Shown in pieces: positions 36,275 through 39,313 of a stretch of 39,313 nucleotides of DNA (positions within the stretch are counted from its first letter, which is position 1; the number at the start of each line of letters is the position of its first letter). Source of the DNA: Basidiobolus meristosporus CBS 931.73 (lineage: Eukaryota > Fungi > Basidiobolomycota); NCBI GenBank assembly GCA_002104905.1, contig MCFE01000751.1, forward strand, positions 1 through 39,313, read 5' to 3'. Position numbers and translations under genes: made by a program. Under the pieces are notes generated by a model, which saw only the letters and a program-made list of their open reading frames with translations, searched no databases and was not told the origin of the DNA.

Positions 36275-37065
36275 GTAGAAGCTCAAGCCCTACCCAATAA
36301 CAAAAGCCACACCATATGGAGATTTATTCTTGAAGATATAATATGCAGATTTGGCTGCATCAGCCAGTTTGTTGCTGACCGAGGAGAACTGACCTCAAAT
36401 TTGATCCAGGAACTCTGCTCACAATACAAGATTCATATTGCTTTCACTACCGCTTATCACCCACAGGCCAATGGAATGGTTGAAAGAGGCCATGGCCCGT
36501 TAGTTAACTCCCTGGTCAAGAGCTGCAACAACACAACACTACAGTGGCCTACACAACTTCATCTAGCACTCTGGGCAGATAGAATCACTACAAAGCGCAG
36601 CACAGGTCTATCTCATTCAAATTGCTTTACGGACATGATTGCGTTCTTCCCATAGAGCTTGACTCAATATCCTGGAACATGCTAGAGTGGAGAACTACAA
36701 TGAGTACAGAAGAACTACTGACTACACGCATCAAACAGCTTGATCACCATGAACTTGATATTACCCAAGCAGCTGCTAAACTCAAAGAGACAAGACTTCA
36801 GAACAAGGAACCATTTGACAAGTCACATAGCCTTAGACCAAAGCCATTACTGCAAGGAGATCCAGTACTGCTCTATGATTCCACTTTAGACAAGCAGTGG
36901 AGTTGCAAATTTGACAATAAGTGGTCTGGCCCATATATGGTCTCTAAGGTGATTGGAAATGGAAGCTACTACCTGTCTGAACTTGATGGAACACCGCTAA
37001 GAGCACCTGTGGCAGGAAACCGACTTAAGCTATTCAAGCACCGGAATTTCGCACATCACATTTAG
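36275..37065 (+). pseudogene. Integrase core and C-terminus, split by a stop and a 1-bp frameshift
   Basis: VADRGE, TAYHPQANGMVERGH, a frameshift near 36612, YGHDCVLP, KWSGPY. Confidence 0.9.
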
Positions 37066-37090
37066 TTTGCTTTGACCTGAGTTCAAAGCT

Positions 37091-37104
37091 GAGAGGGGGG
37101 TGGA
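37091..37104 (+). other. Polypurine tract of G3
   Basis: GAGAGGGGGGTGGA immediately before the 3' LTR. Confidence 0.9.
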
Positions 37105-38183
37105 TGTAGTGGGGTCACAGTGACACCCACAGGCAGATGTGCTCATTCTTATGCGTTCACTTCCCTAAAAAGGATTACCCCGCCTATATTATTATCATCC
37201 CAAATTTGCAATATTTCCTATTTTTGTCTATGTGATTATTACTATGCAACCTGACAAACTATTTGTCACTATTAACCCATTGCACAAGCTATTCTTATTC
37301 CTTGCCGAGATGCCAAGATAAGATAGTTACCTTATAAGGCATGTACCCAACAGTGCCCATGTCACGCGACCATCTTGGTTTCATAATCCCCCATCTCACT
37401 ACCATAAGAGGCAACCACATGACACAGAGGTTTCATGTTACCACTACCTGATTGCTAGGTGCTACTATGTCTCATGGAACAATCCGCCAAGAGTTTGCGC
37501 TATTTTTAGTACACAAAGACATGATTGGTTGTCTACTACCTTCTGGAAACTTCCGGAAAGTATTTTCTAGCAAGAAATTGAGCAGCAAAAAAAGTATATA
37601 AGGGAGGCTATCCCTTAAAAATAAATCATCCTCTTCCAATATTTCCGACTTATTGATTAGTGAGATCACCGCTACCTATTACCACTATTTTCTGACTCAG
37701 ACCTGACAACACTCCCAGGAAACCGCGCTGACAGCCAACTGACCTTGGAGGCACTACTTGTGAGGAATACTCAGAGTAGGTATATTTTATTATATTTGTT
37801 TGTTTTCCCAAGTTTGTTCTTGTACAGGCAAAGATACTTTTCAGTCTTTGTAACTATTGGTCAAAGCTGCATTCTTATCAAGTCCCTGTTGGTGGAGTTT
37901 ACAGTTGTTTTGACTTTGGAAGCTTTAGTACATTGTCATCTCAAAGGACGTCAAAGCCATTATAAACTTTTGTTAAGACGCCAACTAAGTTGGGGATTGT
38001 AGTTCAATAGTTTTCCCTTGACAAGCTTGAGGCTTTATCCCCCATCACATTAGATTAGATAAAAGACCCAGTATTCCTAGCAAGCTTTTGCCAGAGGTTA
38101 TCGCACCCAGTGAACACCCCACACACATTCACACTTGAGAAGTGTTGGTTGTATTTTGCCCTTTGGACTTATACACCACCACA
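37105..38183 (+). repeat. 3' LTR of G3
   Basis: Direct repeat of 30993-32071. Confidence 0.98.
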
Positions 38184-39120
38184 CCGCAATGATTTTCAAC
38201 TGCCTACTTGACTGAGAGCCTGAGGTGTTGTATTATTACCTTTAGTGGGCACTATAGACTTGTTCCGTTGGATAGTGCCACATTGAGCCATGAGTACCAA
38301 ATGATGCCATAGTGTGCCAGAGAGGCCAATATAGCCTCCACCTGGCCACAGAGTGTGAAACATAGCTCTGCATCCTCATGCAAAGCAGCCCCTGTGTTTC
38401 ACCCATTGTGTTGGAGAAAATCCATTTTTTGACCTTTTTTTTGGATCAATATTGTGCAGGATGTATTAGAGCACCAGCAGATTGAAGATATGCATCTGGT
38501 ACTCAATACCCTTGGCACTCTGAATCTAGCTCCTGTAGCTTGTATCATGTCACAAAAATGAATGGCACTATCTTGGTCCACTGGTACTATCTGGCACTAT
38601 ATTTAAATATTAGCCCTAAAGTAAGATCTATACAAAGCACTTATAGTGCCAGATAGTACCAGTGGACCAAGATAGTGCCATTCATTTTTGTGACATGATA
38701 CAAGCTACAGGAGCTAGATTCAGAGTGCCATGGGTATTGAGTACCAGATGCATATTGTCAGTTCTACTGTGCTCTTACACATCCTGAGCTACATTGATCC
38801 ACAAAAAAAGGTCAAAAAATGGATTTTCTCCTGTGCAATGGGTGAAATACAGGGGCTGCTTTACATGAAGATGCAGAGCTATGTTTCACACTCTGTGGCC
38901 AAGTATAGGCTCACTTGACCTCTCTGGCACACTATGGCATCATTTGGCACTCATGGCTCAATGTGGGACTATCCAACAGAACAAGTCTTATGTCCACAGG
39001 GCTTTTTTTGGTTGTAGCCCTGCATATTGTACTGAATATCAAAGCAAGCTGTTGTCCAACCATTCTTCTGCTGCTGTCAGCAGGGGGTTTAGTTGGGAAC
39101 CAGATGATTATGCATTATTT
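38184..39120. repeat. Continuation of the ~159-bp degenerate tandem repeat, split by foldback copy 2
   Basis: Homologous to 30834-30992. A third partial unit start appears near 39092-39120. Confidence 0.7.
38256..38988. mobile_element. Non-coding foldback element, copy 2, 733 bp
   Basis: Arms 346/347 bp, loop 38602-38641, TSD TAT/TAT. The empty site GGGCACTATGTCC has the same length as the paralogous GGGCACACTGTCC at 30898-30910. Confidence 0.95.
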
Positions 39121-39313
39121 CTTGGCAGCATATACATCAAAGTGAGTCATACCAAAGGGAAAATGGTGTAATATGTATATGTGTAAGTGGTGCCACAACA
39201 TTACTTGTAATGCTTACTATGACAGATCAACATTTCATCTTACATTCATGTAGGTGTAATGTTTCGATTGGAAAACTGTCTTGAATTCACATGAGTATTG
39301 ACAAAAATACAAT

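Larger units (their letters stand above)
30993..38183 (+). mobile_element. Young full-length Ty3/gypsy LTR retrotransposon (G3, 7191 bp; possibly Ylt1-like)
   Basis: Two 1079-bp TG...CA LTRs, PBS, PPT and gag-PR-RT-RH-IN order. No TSD (GCCAT/CCGCA). The Ylt1-like suggestion rests on the KYKTVEQKIRP and FVDD motifs and is tentative. Confidence 0.98.

Noticed and set aside
28176-38988. CRISPR array, prophage or prokaryotic invertible promoter
   Set aside because: No repeat-spacer array and no recombinase ORF. All context is eukaryotic.

Overview
Eukaryotic, almost certainly fungal, transposon graveyard with no intact host gene. It holds nested, mostly decayed Ty1/copia elements (two families, here C1 and C2) and Ty3/gypsy elements. 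One copia (9893-14574) is structurally complete and sits inside an older gypsy, and one very young gypsy (30993-38183) has 1079-bp near-identical LTRs. DNA transposon remnants are two PIF/Harbinger-like (DDE_Tnp_4) copies and three CACTA/tnp2-like fragments. Old copies are strongly CpG-depleted while the young gypsy keeps its CpGs. The most unusual items are three. (1) Two copies of a ~734-bp almost fully palindromic foldback element with 3-bp TSDs, whose outer arms are collinear between copies but whose 40-bp core is inverted. (2) A captured piece of the RACK1/ASC1 locus (exon plus intronic U24 snoRNA remnant) joined to a CACTA transposase fragment. (3) The young gypsy has no TSD and lies in register inside a degenerate 159-bp tandem repeat. 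All alignments, counts and family assignments were made by eye and from recalled motifs, with no database search. Boundaries of decayed elements are approximate.
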